DNA of 64,000 bases, taken from positions 17,293,840 through 17,357,839 of the forward strand of contig CAVNZM010000001.1 in the NCBI GenBank assembly GCA_963693365.1, given 5' to 3'. The notes beneath the pieces were generated by a model that was not told where the DNA came from, did no database searches, and worked only from the letters and a program-made list of their open reading frames with translations. Source of the stretch: Amoebidium appalachense (lineage: Eukaryota > Protista > Ichthyosporea). A program made the position numbers and the translations under genes. Shown here piece by piece: positions 25,170-38,423 of this stretch. Numbering within the stretch: the stretch's first letter is position 1; each line of letters starts with the position of its first letter.

Positions 25170-27864
25170 GTTCAAATTCAACCATGTTCAAATTCATATC
25201 CATATATATGGCCTTTTGGCCATCAACCATGTCAAAACTCTCTCTCCCTCCTAACCTCTCTAGGTCATCTGACCACTCTCCTATCCTTTTCCTACCTAAG
25301 ATCTCCCTTGATCTGCTCCCCCCTCCCCCTCCCACCTTTCGCCTCCGTCTATCCCAGCTTAAGTCACAGTGGGGTAGAGTTGATGTATGTGTATGCTATG
25401 CTACGAAACACCCTATATATATGCGCCTATTAGAATCTGCACAAGCCAGGCCAGATTCACATCTCGTACTAGATACATGCACTAACTTTATTGTTGATGA
25501 TTTGATAGATCTCGGTGATTATGCTGGCGGTGGTAGGAAGGAATATCCCGATGCTCTCTTGTTACCAAACACCACTCCCGCTAGACTAGGTGAACCCCTG
25601 TCTCAAAAGGAAAGCTTGCGCCGGCTTGCTAGTATGAATCGATTTGGCCCCCCTGCTCGTATTATTGGTGATACCACTGGAGACCCCCTCATAGACTCTG
25701 ATAAGTATTTCTCGGAACTGTTTAAAGATAGGACCCCCGCTCAGAAACCTATTGTGTGGCCTGTAGACCCATCTATCCCCATAGAATCGATCCTCCCCTT
25801 TTTCAGTCCCGATGCCATATGGTCTGTGATATCTAGTTATAGCTCTAGTAAGTCTTGTGGACCTGATGGACTCCCTGCTGGGTTTCTTAAAATCCTTGTT
25901 CCCTCCTACCCACAAAAGGAAAGTGATCGTGCTATTAAACCTGATCTTACTATCATGTTAAGCTCTCTCTTTTCTTGGTGTGTTAAATGTGGACATGTCC
26001 CGTCATCTTGGTTAGATACCTTAGTGATCCCCATAGTTAAGAAGGACTCTGAGGGCCCCATATCATCCTTTCGCCCCATTACACTAACCCAGGTTGTTCG
26101 TAGATTCTTTGAAGCTTGCTTACTTAGGTTATTTGCACATCACCCTAGGTTTCAATCTATTCTTCACATACACCCATGCCAATCCGCTTTTCGTAAAAAC
26201 AATTCATGTTATGTTCAAATAATGGCACTGCACGATTCTATGCAAGTTGGTGCACAATATGTTGGCTTTATTGATTGGAAAACTGCTTACGATTCTGTCT
26301 CCCCTGGTCTCCTATGGGAAAAGCTTGCTGCACGGGGTGTACCACACTGCATTGGTGTTCTGTTAGAAGCACTCTTGTCTCAAACCTATGGTAGAGCTGT
26401 GGTTAATGGGCATCTTTCATATGGTTTTGCTCGTACTAGAGGTCTCTTGCAGGGTTCATTGCTTAGCCCCTTTTTGTTTAACCTATTTATAGATGATTTG
26501 GCTGTCAAGATTTACGCCGAAAACGATGACCCTATTAATAACTTTCCGCCTGCACTTCTCTATGCTGATGATCTGTCCCTCCTTGCCCGTACCCCTAGAC
26601 GCCTGCAAAGATTGTTCGATGTAGTGTCAGAGTGGTGCAAGGCAAACCTTATGATCCTTAACATAGACAAATGTGGTGTTCTTGTACCTGATATAGCTAA
26701 CAATTTACACACATTTACATTATCATCTAAACCTGTACCTATAGTTCCAGAATACAAATATCTTGGTGTTCCGGTTGATTCTGTTGGTGTTATGTTTCCC
26801 CATATGGTCGAAAAGAGGGTAGAGTTGGCTCGTAAGCGGTTAGCTTTCTTCTCGGCTAATATTTTTAAAGACACACCCCTCCATCCTTCTATTAGACTTA
26901 CATTTATTCGCACTTTTGTCTTCCCGGCATGTGAATATGGTTTACCCCTTCTCGCCGCTTGGATCAAGAAAGAGAGAACTAGAGCGCTTAAACCCTTGGC
27001 AAATTTCCTTGAAGCAGAAGTTGCCTCCTTTCTATCTAACAACTGTTGTAAACCTGGGCCTGTAACGCTCTCGATATATGGTCTGGTCCCAATAGCTGCT
27101 AGAGTATCCTATCTCGCGCTGAAATTCAATAAGCACATAAGCCGCTTAAAGAAGTATTTGCCCTCCCACCCTCTCTTCTCTATCCGACCTGTCCCCTCCT
27201 CACCTCTCCCCTCTTTCCTCCCCTCTCTCTCCCCTTCTCCCCTGGGCACAAATACAAATAAACCCCGCAATAGTGTGTGTGTGACTTTGGACTGCCACTT
27301 ACTTATTAAACATGTACACAATCACAAGATAATCACGCAATATAACAAATGGAAAAAGATACCACACGACACTAGACCCGATGAAAGCATACACCTTGAA
27401 AAACTAAGCCTTATGTCTCGTTTTATATATACTGACCGCCTCAACCATATTGCCAAATATGGCACTCGCAAGTGTATAACACCTAAATACATATTACCTT
27501 CCTGTAGAACTGGTCTTTCTCTAGCTGATGGTATTATTGATCAATTACCACGCTTTTACTGTACACGTGCTATACAGTGGAGATCTAATAAGTATAAGGT
27601 GGCATCATTTGCATGCCCAAACAACACACACACACACCAGTTTAACCGGTCATGTATCGCCAAATGTAGTTTGATAGACCACATAATACCGCAACACACA
27701 CACGTCACATTCACAACAGACACCCAGAAAGATAGCCTACCTGTAAATTACAACATCCTTGATTTTATACTAAACACGCGTAACTACGACCTGTTTATTA
27801 GATGTATTGATTGGCTTGAGAAACACATCACTACAAAATTATAGCGCACGCGCACACACACACA

Positions 27865-27919
<55 letters not shown>

Positions 27920-27951
27920 CCAGCTGATACCGAGTGTCCCGAGGGGAGCCC

Positions 27952-28013
<62 letters not shown>

Positions 28014-28898
28014 GGGGAACCCCAACTAATTGATTTCTCCTTGTAGTCTTTATGGTGTCTCGCAGAGAAAGTAAACCCTGATATATAGTCACCACCCGAC
28101 ATCTATGTACGTGATCATGATATACCGCTGAGGGGATATTCCGAGCAAAACCCCCCCCCCCATACCTGAGACTGGTTCTCTTTGCCTCGAGTAAACAGCG
28201 TAAACCCCCATATCCATATCCATATCATTTTTCATATTGTAGCACACACAACTCGGCTTTCGCACAACTCGGTTTTCGCACCAGCCCATTTCTCATGAGC
28301 GCATCATCTTTTCCCATTTTCCACACACGACCACAGTAATCGGCAAGTTTTGGTCCTGATACTTTGTGCGTATAAGCAAAGCACGAGAAACGCCACCCCC
28401 GTGTGCTGCTAATCCCGCATAATGGGTGCCGGCCAGACACTAAGCCCAGCACACGTTTGCCGGAGGGTGTGAGTCTCGGACTTTGCTTGTGCCCACACGG
28501 TGGTTAAGGCGAAGATCACTACCTGTAGAGTCGTGTGTTTTCCTTCAGTCTGAACAGCCGTCGTTTGCGCAAATTACGTGTATATACCCAATCACGATAT
28601 ATATTAACATGTACATCCGGAAGATCTATGTCTGCTTCTCGCTCTTGCTCGCCTCTGCTTCCATGTTTTGCTTTTATGTTTTGTACCCACGTGAGGTCAT
28701 CCTCAGAGGCACTGCAGCCCGCCCACGTGTGGTTAGGGGATGGCTTGGAGGTTTACCTGTCCCTGACATATACACTGTGACGCCCCCCCTACCCCTACAG
28801 TAGTATGCATCCACATGCTTATATGTTTGCACCCACGTACTAGCCTTATCCATGTGTGAGGACACACACTATCCTTCTCTTGTGCGCTTAAGGTGTAA
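25170..28898 (+). mobile_element. 5'-truncated non-LTR retrotransposon (LINE)
   Basis: RT ORF, A-tract at ~27956-28011, bracketed by an exact 25-nt direct repeat at 25145-25169 and 28899-28923. Confidence 0.8.
25184..27844 (+). CDS. LINE reverse transcriptase ORF (tail of APE endonuclease, RT, Cys/His C-terminus)
   Basis: SDHSPI (last APE motif), KSCGPDG, FRPITL, QSAFR, DWKTAYDSV, GLLQGSLLSPFLF, YADD, YKYLG; C-terminal WRSN..C..H..C..C. Uninterrupted 886 codons. Confidence 0.95.
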   Translation: MFKFISIYMAFWPSTMSKLSLPPNLSRSSDHSPILFLPKISLDLLPPPPPTFRLRLSQLKSQWGRVDVCVCYATKHPIYMRLLESAQARPDSHLVLDTCTNFIVDDLIDLGDYAGGGRKEYPDALLLPNTTPARLGEPLSQKESLRRLASMNRFGPPARIIGDTTGDPLIDSDKYFSELFKDRTPAQKPIVWPVDPSIPIESILPFFSPDAIWSVISSYSSSKSCGPDGLPAGFLKILVPSYPQKESDRAIKPDLTIMLSSLFSWCVKCGHVPSSWLDTLVIPIVKKDSEGPISSFRPITLTQVVRRFFEACLLRLFAHHPRFQSILHIHPCQSAFRKNNSCYVQIMALHDSMQVGAQYVGFIDWKTAYDSVSPGLLWEKLAARGVPHCIGVLLEALLSQTYGRAVVNGHLSYGFARTRGLLQGSLLSPFLFNLFIDDLAVKIYAENDDPINNFPPALLYADDLSLLARTPRRLQRLFDVVSEWCKANLMILNIDKCGVLVPDIANNLHTFTLSSKPVPIVPEYKYLGVPVDSVGVMFPHMVEKRVELARKRLAFFSANIFKDTPLHPSIRLTFIRTFVFPACEYGLPLLAAWIKKERTRALKPLANFLEAEVASFLSNNCCKPGPVTLSIYGLVPIAARVSYLALKFNKHISRLKKYLPSHPLFSIRPVPSSPLPSFLPSLSPSPLGTNTNKPRNSVCVTLDCHLLIKHVHNHKIITQYNKWKKIPHDTRPDESIHLEKLSLMSRFIYTDRLNHIAKYGTRKCITPKYILPSCRTGLSLADGIIDQLPRFYCTRAIQWRSNKYKVASFACPNNTHTHQFNRSCIAKCSLIDHIIPQHTHVTFTTDTQKDSLPVNYNILDFILNTRNYDLFIRCIDWLEKHITTKL

Positions 28899-29976
28899 CA
28901 TGTGACGTAGATATACATCGAGTCACCCCAGACACGGAAGCCCCCCAGATCACTAAACATCACGATGGAAATGGGGCTTCCGGGACCTGGCGTCCTCAGT
29001 CTTTTCCTTGTCCAAAACATATTTCTTGTCAATTGCAACGAAAGCTGTGACCATCCGACTTTCATCCGTGTTCAAATTCATGTTCCCATCACATTTCGAG
29101 GCCCGGGTACCATATCAGGAGCGGGCAATTTTTGAATTCTCCCTCCCCGGCCCCGCCGGGGAAAATTTGAGGTTTTTGGACCTCAAAGAAGTCAAATCCT
29201 GCAAAATCCACTACCGGGAGGCCAAAAAGGGTGATTTTACAAAAAAGGAGGGACATACATGAAAAAGAGAAAATGGGCGAGTTCAGTGGGCTGCCGATAA
29301 GTATATTTCGTGCTGGGCCGGTATACATGCTGCCGTGGTTGTTGCTGTAGACGGCAGTATGGCATCGCATGTGTCACGTGACCTGCACGTGAATGCGACC
29401 ATGTGCAGGCACTGAGTCTAGGGGGATTTGTATGTGTGTTTTGGAGCACCGACAAGGCAGAGCCAGGGTGAGGGATGTGTAAACATGGAGTTTAGGGAGA
29501 TCGTGCTGCTATTGTAACATGTGCACAAAACAGCCACGTGCACCGGCACACTCCGGTGTACAGAACAATAATATGCACATGCGTCACTGTAATATCATGT
29601 ATGCGCATGCCGCACAAGGTTTAGGAGACCACCACAGTATATACTATTTTCTTTTGGTTGATATCCATGTAGGAATGGTGTGTTGCAGTTGTCATGATCA
29701 GCCTGAGGCAGGCACGTGCACTCACTGAATCACTAGAACTCATGAATAAAAAATACATTCGCTAAAAACGGCAAGGTAAATTTGGGGCCAAGCTATTATT
29801 TCCCCCTTTTAAACGTTTTTTTAGCTCCAAGAACTTCGACGCCAAAATTTCTATATTTGGCCATCGTATATGATAATGAACACGTGTACTTAAATTAAAG
29901 TAGTTATATAAATATGAGCGGCCCGTTACAAATACAGTGACGAAAAACAGTGACCCACGAGCAGTTTTTCTTTCTA

Positions 29977-30024
<48 letters not shown>

Positions 30025-31341
30025 ACACACACACACCAGACACACACACCACCACCACGGTGACCACCACCACCACCACCACCACCACTCACCCCTTAAA
30101 AAAACCACACACATACGTGCACGTGTACACACACACACAGAACACCACCTCCACTGGACCCCATTTCCTCGTTGTTTTCTTAAGCCTTCAGACCAGTCCT
30201 GCACACTGGAGTTAAACAATTGAATTCACCTAGGCTGACATGCATCCACCCCCGCCTTCCACTCTCCCCTCCCCCCCACCCCCCTCCCCCCACCCCCCCC
30301 CACCCCCACCCCCTCCCCCTCGATGAAGAAGGGCCCCCGTAAGCCTTGGGGGGGGGGGGAGGGGGGGAGGGGAGGGGAAGGGGGGAGCTCTTGAGCCTCC
30401 GGGTAGGGAAGTGGGGTCCGGGGATCCGGAGAGGAGGGGGGGGGGGGGGGGAAGGGGCATATAATATTGGGCCTAGATATCATAGTATGGGGCCCCGGGG
30501 GAGGGAGAGGTGGGGGGGGGGGAGGGGGGAGGATCCACGGGAAAGACCTTTAGGTGCATGTTCTTATTTATACCCCCTTCGAATCATCCCCCCTCTCCCC
30601 CCCTCCCCCCCCCTGAGTGCAGGCCGTGACGTAGCTACGATAACCCTGCAGAAGGCAACAAAAATGTATTAATTACTAGCACTATACATGTGTTCATAGT
30701 GCAGCTTGCACCACGTATGATCTCAGCAACTTTAAAGTAGTCACAAAGTTTAGTTATTTTCATTATTTTCATTGCTCTGAACTCTATTACTCTGAAATGA
30801 TCACCGTGCATGTGCCGCAAGATAACAACCCTATATGTGTGCAGCTGCTGCCTGCAGGTTAGACTCGCTGAAAAGACAATTGTCAGTGTGCATCCGACGC
30901 TTGCAGCTGCAGCTAGCCTCTGCAACATTAATACTTGCCAAGTGAATGCTCTTACACTTGATCATCATTCACTCAAAAAACCGAGGACCGACAGATTAAA
31001 TATTAATGTCGATCCGAATGATCAGCAAGTGTCTATGCGTACTACTATATATACACACACGTAAAATGCGAAGCTATCAGTTACAAGGCACACCTGCTGC
31101 ACTGGCACACATACACATACACACCGGCAGATCGATGCTGTCAAAATTTACTTTCATGTACTTCGTAGGTCCGACACAGGTGCACATGAACACGTACATA
31201 TGTACAAGCCGCGCACACACCACACCACACATACACACACACACACACACACTCACACACACACACGCACACACGCACACACGCACACACGCACACACGC
31301 ACGCACGCACGCACACACACACACACACGCACGCACGCGCG

Positions 31342-31397
<56 letters not shown>

Positions 31398-31723
31398 GAC
31401 ACACACACACACACACACATCACTGGGTGCGCTCGCTGGGGATTAGTTTTTTGGCACGCTGTTGACTTTATCGTGTGTTTATTATTTGCTATTTATTGGC
31501 CAGCGGCCAACATTTAAAAATATACTATATACCTAAAAATAGATACTGACTACGGCCAGCAGACATTATACACCTTCCAGGACACATTAACACCAATAGT
31601 CTAACACACCATACTCTCGATCACAAAGAATTCCTAACAAACAGAGAAAAGTGCAAAGGCTCTGTACTATTACTCAGATTCTAAATTTTAATTCTTTACA
31701 GTAAACTTCGGAATGAAAGCTAG

Positions 31724-31780
<57 letters not shown>

Positions 31781-31859
31781 CATGACTGTACGAAGAACAG
31801 GTATAACTTGAAGCACTACAACACATATGAGATCCGTTACATTGGTGTACATTCCAATA

Positions 31860-33530
31860 TTAGACACTAGTTTGGCTACTCTGACTACTCTGAGATCCTG
31901 ATTGGCTGCCTGCAGACTTGCGGCCACGATTACTTTGCTTTCGATCGTGCCATTGCAGCTGCGTCTCTCCAGCAGGTGGCAACGCCAGGCCCAGCACAGC
32001 AGATGCACGAGAAGGGGGTGGGAACTGCCCACCAGCCGAGGGCTGGCCCACATGGCCCAAGTAAGGATGGGGACCGTGCTGCGGCAGTAGCCCAGGCATG
32101 GGGAAGGCAGGGCCGGGCTGAGGCGGCATGATGCCCCACGGTGGGGGCCAGCCATGTGGGTGGTGCGGGCCTGGATGGGGTGCAGGGGGCATGTGCGGCA
32201 CATGGCCCTGCTGCATGTCAAGCGCGGGTGCTGGTGGCATGGCATCCTGATTGGCTGCAACCCAACGTGGGCAGCTCTTGGCCCGATTGGAGCCGGGGCA
32301 GCCCTTGCCCTGGCGGCCACACGTCTTGCAGGTCTTGGGGGCTCTCTGGGGTGGCTGCATAGGAGGGGGCACCGGCAAATCCATCTGCAGGGGCCCCTCA
32401 GGGCCAATGTTGCGATGCTTTTTGCCCACTAGCATGGGCAAGGGCCGCTCACGCTGCGCCCCTGCATCGACACCGTCTGGAACAGGGAGGGGTGGCAAGG
32501 GGGCAGGCCGTATGGTTGCTGGCACAGCGTCTGCCCTCTCCTCGCGCATACGCTTGCGGTGATCTGCCAGGCCCTCGTGTGTGGAGCGCTGTGCATGTGC
32601 CGTCTGCCAGGTCTTCCACTTGTCGAAATGCTTCTTGATGTAGGCCGCATCCTTCATGTAGATTCCCCCAGCCACAGAGGCAGCCTTGTTGAAGTCTTGG
32701 GCCAAAGCCTCGAACAGCTGGCCGTTGGGCTTTGCATGTGCCTTGTAGGTGCCCAGGAGCAGCGTGCTGAATAGCTTGCGCTCCTGAGGGGTAAGCACCG
32801 GAAGGAAGGGGATGGCCACATGTTGCTTCTGCGCCAGGAACTTGTAGTCGCCCCTCAGTGCAGGGTCCGGCTGTGGTGCACCACGCGCCACCTGGTTGCC
32901 CCCCCCCATGGCAGCACCGTCACCCTCCTCGACCTCACAGTCCTCTGGCCCGCCCATCACGCCATTGGCTGCAGGCTCGATGTTATCAGACGGAGGTGGG
33001 GGTGCGGGCACCGCAACTGGCTCCTGCGCCGGGGCATTGGCCACACAGGAGAGCGGGGCAAAGTTGAAGTACTCCTCCGGTAGCTTGTAGCAGCCTACGG
33101 GTACCCACTGGGGGTCGAGGTGATGGCCGTACAGCATCAGCGCCAGTGCCTCCATGTCGTCAACAATCCAGGGGCTGTAGTGGGGGGGCCCCGATGCCTG
33201 GCCCAGGCGGTTGCGGTAGTGTGCACGCAGGTTGTGGCGGTGGCGCCTATTGGACATGGTGGCGTCCAGCAGGCGCAGCGACATGCGTGTGGCCCCAAAG
33301 TGGGTGGCCAGGGGGTTGTGCACTGCCCCCTCCACCTCGTTGGTGCCCCGGATGCAGCGGTAGCGCATGAGCCCATCTGCGTCGGCAGTGGTCTCGTAGT
33401 AGAGGGGCAGGCCGGGGGGGTCCGACAGACAGCCATTTTGGGCGTGTTCGAGCAGCGACTGTGGGGGCACAAGCAAACATCAGAGAGATGGGTGGGTGGT
33501 GGTGGTGGTAGTGTGTGTGTATGTGTGTGT

Positions 33531-33591
<61 letters not shown>

Positions 33592-33663
33592 TGGGGTTGC
33601 TAAGGAAAAAAACGAGCAGGGAAAGGCAAAAAACAACTGGCTAGGCAGCAAGGGCCGTGCGGG

Positions 33664-33739
<76 letters not shown>

Positions 33740-35401
33740 ATGTTTGGGGGGGGGAGGGGGGGGGGGGGGGGGAGGCTAGGGTGTGCGTGTGTGTGCAGAT
33801 GAACCAAGGATGACAAATAAGCGAAGAATCTTTTCTGTGGTGGTGGAGTTGTTGGGCGCCTGCAGGGGGAGGGGGGGGGGGGGGGGGGATGTTGCCTCGA
33901 GTCTTTCAAAGCCATCCTTCTTGAACAGAGGCTTGCCATCCGGTCCGGGCGGCACATCCTTGTAGGTGTTTTTGAACTCCACCAGCCGCGAGACCAGCGT
34001 GTATGGGTCGGGAATAACCCGCCGGATGCGCTCCATGAAGTAGCTCAGGTCGCCGCCCTTGAGCTCGGTTTCAATGTCGATGCCCTTCTGCTCCAGCACC
34101 CCCTGTGAGGCAGGATGCCAATATTAATTTACTACGCACACTGCAATTTGGGTTTGGTAGACTTTGATACCTGCCGTTATTGTAGGACCCCTCCCCTCCA
34201 CCCCCCCCATCTTCTCCCCCAACACAAGTAAAAAATGCATGTGGCTATTTCCCCCCACAACCCTACATTATTTCTCTCTAGGCATATGAATAACCCCCAC
34301 TCTCCTCCCCCCTCCCCCCCCCCCCCCCCCCCCCCCCCCCCCTTGCCCCCCCCTCTCTCTGAGGCTCAGGCTCTCTCTCTTCCCTCAGAAGTTTTGTCGA
34401 AGGTGTGCATGGTTGTGGGTGGAATGGTGAGTGTGTGCTAACGAGTGTATGTGTGTGTGCGCGTCAGTCACGCATGTTGTTGTTGCCGTTTTTTTTATTT
34501 TTATTTTTTATTTTTTATTTTGGGGGGGGGGGGGGGGGGGGGGAGGGGGAGCACCTTCACATGTCCGTAATCCTCTTCATTCCACACAAATATTGCCTCG
34601 CTGAGTGCGCGTGCGTACTCAGCCCTGCGGGGGTGTGACTTGTACGTGCCGTCCGCCGTGTTTGCAATGGAGTGGAAGGCGTCATTCAGCACAGTCTGCC
34701 ACACCACCTCCCCAGGCGGTGCCTGGCCCAACATGCCCTCTCTGGGAGCTGCCTCGGGTCCCCCTGGGGCTGCCTCAAGGCCCCCCGGGGCTGCCTGGGG
34801 GTCCTGGGGGGGTGCCTGTGGGCCGGCAAGGGGTTGCTGCTGCTCGGCAGGGGGAGGACTGGCAGGGGGAGGGGCTGGGTCAGGGAGCACCGGCACCTCG
34901 GCACCTGGGTCCGGTGGGGGCTGAATGGGCCGTAGCCACTGCAGGTGCACCATCAGCTCAAAGGGCGGCGGGCCCAGCTCTCCCAGGGTCTTGCCCTTGT
35001 CGGGGCCAAAGGGCACCTGCATGGCCGGCGACAGCACCTGATCCACCCGCACCACTGCATGCTTCTTGCCCACCTTCATGCCCCCCCAGCGCTCCGGCTG
35101 CACAGCCAGCACCACCCCGGTGGCTGCTGCAGCATGTGGGCCCCGCCGGGGCACAATCTCAACCCCTTCACCGAGTGCCTTTGCATGAAGCCGCGCTGCA
35201 TGTCATAGAGGGAAGCAAAAAACTCAGCCAAAAAGCCACAGCACCAACGTTTTTCTCTTCGCTCCACAAAAATCAAATGCATATTCCTTAGCAACCCCCT
35301 TCCCCCCCCCCCCCCCCCCCCCCCCCCTTCTCCCTCCCCCCCCCCCCCCCCTCTCCCAGTGCCCAGCTTGTGTGGCACTTGCACGTGTTAACAGTGCTAT
35401 A

Positions 35402-35432
<31 letters not shown>

Positions 35433-37051
35433 CCACCACCACCACCACCAATCACCCCCTCCTTTGATAGCCACCCGACACCCAGCATAACACAACTGGA
35501 ACACTGGCCCATGTGGTCAGCCACCCCCCCCCCCCCCCCCCCCCCCCCCCTCCCCCCCCCCTCCCCCTCCCCTCTCCCTCTGGGGGGCCCACAATCTTTC
35601 TATATCTGGCATAAGCACATAAGCACTGGGGCAAAAAGCAGGTGGGATACACACCTGACAGGTTTGGCCTATCGACCACGGCCGAGTAGACCTGCAGGGA
35701 CGCATATGCATCAAGGGCAGCGTAGGTGGCCTGCACCTCTGATAGCGGCTCGTGCCAGTTGGAGCATCGAACAAGTGCCGGCTTGGGCAGCTTCTTGCCT
35801 ATGACCTGGGCAGTGATGTCGGCCAAGCCCCGGGCCGCAGAGGTGATAGCTGCACGGGCATAGCAGAACCGGCCCAGCTCCAGATAGCTGGCCACAGGGG
35901 TGCCGTAGTCCTTGTTGAGGTGGGCCGAGTCCGTGCCGATCTGCTTGCCCACCTTGATGATGCTGGGGTCCCTAAGCAGCGCAATCAGCTCGTCCACCAG
36001 CCGCGCGGGCGGGCTGTGGTTGGGGCCCATGCGTGCCAAGTGGAAGATGTACACGGCCCGTGCGGTGGCAATCTGCAGCGTGCAAACCTTGGACCGCGCC
36101 TGGCCCACCCGATAGACCCACTCGCAGTCCAGCCCCACCACGCGGTGCTGCTGCCCCTCCAGGTCGGCACGAATGGCCGCTGTAGCCACCACCGCCCCCT
36201 GGCAGTCGGTGTACACCGGCTTAGGGTAGTTGGCCGGCAGCTCCAGCCCAGGCAGACCGTCCGTCACGCTTACCAGCGCAGCCTCGTTCAGACGGACGGG
36301 GCATTTTGGCCGGGCTAGGGTTGGAAACATGCGCTCAACAAACGCCCGGTCTTGGCAGCACCGATCTGTGTAGAAGAAGGCCGGGCCCTTGCTGTTGAGC
36401 GCCGCCGTGGTGGCAGAGATGCGCTGGATCACGGGCTCAATCTCCTGGTGGCTGCAGTCCCGTGTAAATACCTGCGCCCGGATCTCTGGGGTGCCGCACT
36501 GTGTGAGAGGGCATCTCCGAGCAGCCATGCATGTTCTAGCTTCCCTTACCACATGGCCCTTCACGAGACTTCAGTGCCCACACAATCCTTTCCCCCCTCC
36601 CTCCCCCCAAACCCATGTGCCCACATACTTTCCCCTCCCTCTCCCCCAAAACCCTTCCCCCTCCTTCCCCCCAAACCCATGTGCCCACATACTTTCCCCA
36701 GGCCTCCCTTTCCCCCAAAATCTTCCCCCCCCCTCCCCCCTAAACCCATGTACCTACAATCCTTCCCCCTTCCTCCCCCTAAACCCTTGTGATCACAATC
36801 CTTTCCCCCTCTCTGCCTTCCCCCCAAACCCATGTGCCCACGATCCTTCCCCACTCCCCCTCCCCCCAAACCATGGGACAGCCCTCCATATGGCACCTAC
36901 TGTCCCCCCCCCCCCCCCCCCACCCCACCCCGGGCCTCTTGCCCTCTCTACCTTCAACCCCGACGGTGGTGTCTCTCCCCCCCCCCCCCCCCCCCCCCCC
37001 TGCATCCCTTGCAATCACTGGCCCCTACTCCCATTCTGCTTGGCAGAAGCT

Positions 37052-37128
<77 letters not shown>

Positions 37129-37367
37129 ATTCCCCGCCAAAAGAAAGCTCCACCCCAGCCCACCCCAATCTCTACCCAGCAAAAACACATACACACATAT
37201 CTGGAGCTTCCTAGTTTTTGCTCGACAGGGCAAGAATTGTCCCCAAAACCCACATACTACAAACCTCTACTCACAGTGTGCCACCTCATTAAATGTGGAG
37301 CCTAAGAGATTTAAAGGCCCTAGAGGGGGGGAGGGGGGGGAGGGGGGGGGGAGGGGGGGGGGCGTGT

Positions 37368-37398
<31 letters not shown>

Positions 37399-37834
37399 GG
37401 GGGGGTGGGCGTGTGTGGGGGGGGGGGAGGGGGGAAGGGGGCCTGGGGGAGAGTGGGGGGAGGGGGGAGAAGAGGAGGGACCACACACCGCCAAGCTCGT
37501 TTACACAAGTCCATAGGCCTCGGTACAGAGGCTCCCCATTGATGCCGGTGAGCTTCCCAATTTGGAAGGTGTGGTCGGCCTTGAGCACGTTGTTTACGGG
37601 TTCGAGCTGCGTGTCCAGGCTCTGGTACTTTGCCGTGCGGTCGCTGAACTCAGTATACACGGCACTCAGGTATTTGCCTGAACCCCAAGTACTGTTAGAA
37701 CTCCACCACCCTCCCATCAGGACCATCCCCCCCATTCCCTCTAGTCCCTCGTGTTCATCTCACCTCTCTGTATTTTCGTAAGTCTGTATGGCTTTTCCCA
37801 TCTCAAAAACGCTACACACCCATCTCCGGCCGTT

Positions 37835-37883
<49 letters not shown>

Positions 37884-38069
37884 CCCCGCCCCTCCCGGCG
37901 CGCGCAAACCCTCCAAGTCATTGCACCAACTTTCACCTTCTTTCCCCTTTGTGCCCCATCTGCAGTTTGTCCCCTGCACGTCCGTTTGCCCTTCCCCCCA
38001 CACCCTCCTGCCACTACTATAATAACCATTAAGTACCGCCACCAAGATCCAGTCTACCACCATGTGCCC

Positions 38070-38134
<65 letters not shown>

Positions 38135-38392
38135 CTCTCCACCTCCTTTCCCCCAACACACACAGACACACATGCGCACACCCACCATCTAATTTCAGGC
38201 ATAACAGTTCTCCACGATTTCCCAAGCACACTCACTGGTACATGGACCGTTATGCTTTCACCCCTCTGATGATCCCTCTGCCCTCCCCCCCCCCCCCCCC
38301 CCACCACCACCACCACCACCACCACCACCATGACTGATTGCCACCACCACCACCTAATCCATCACCATGTCCCCCCTCCCCCTCCCCCCCCC

Positions 38393-38423
<31 letters not shown>

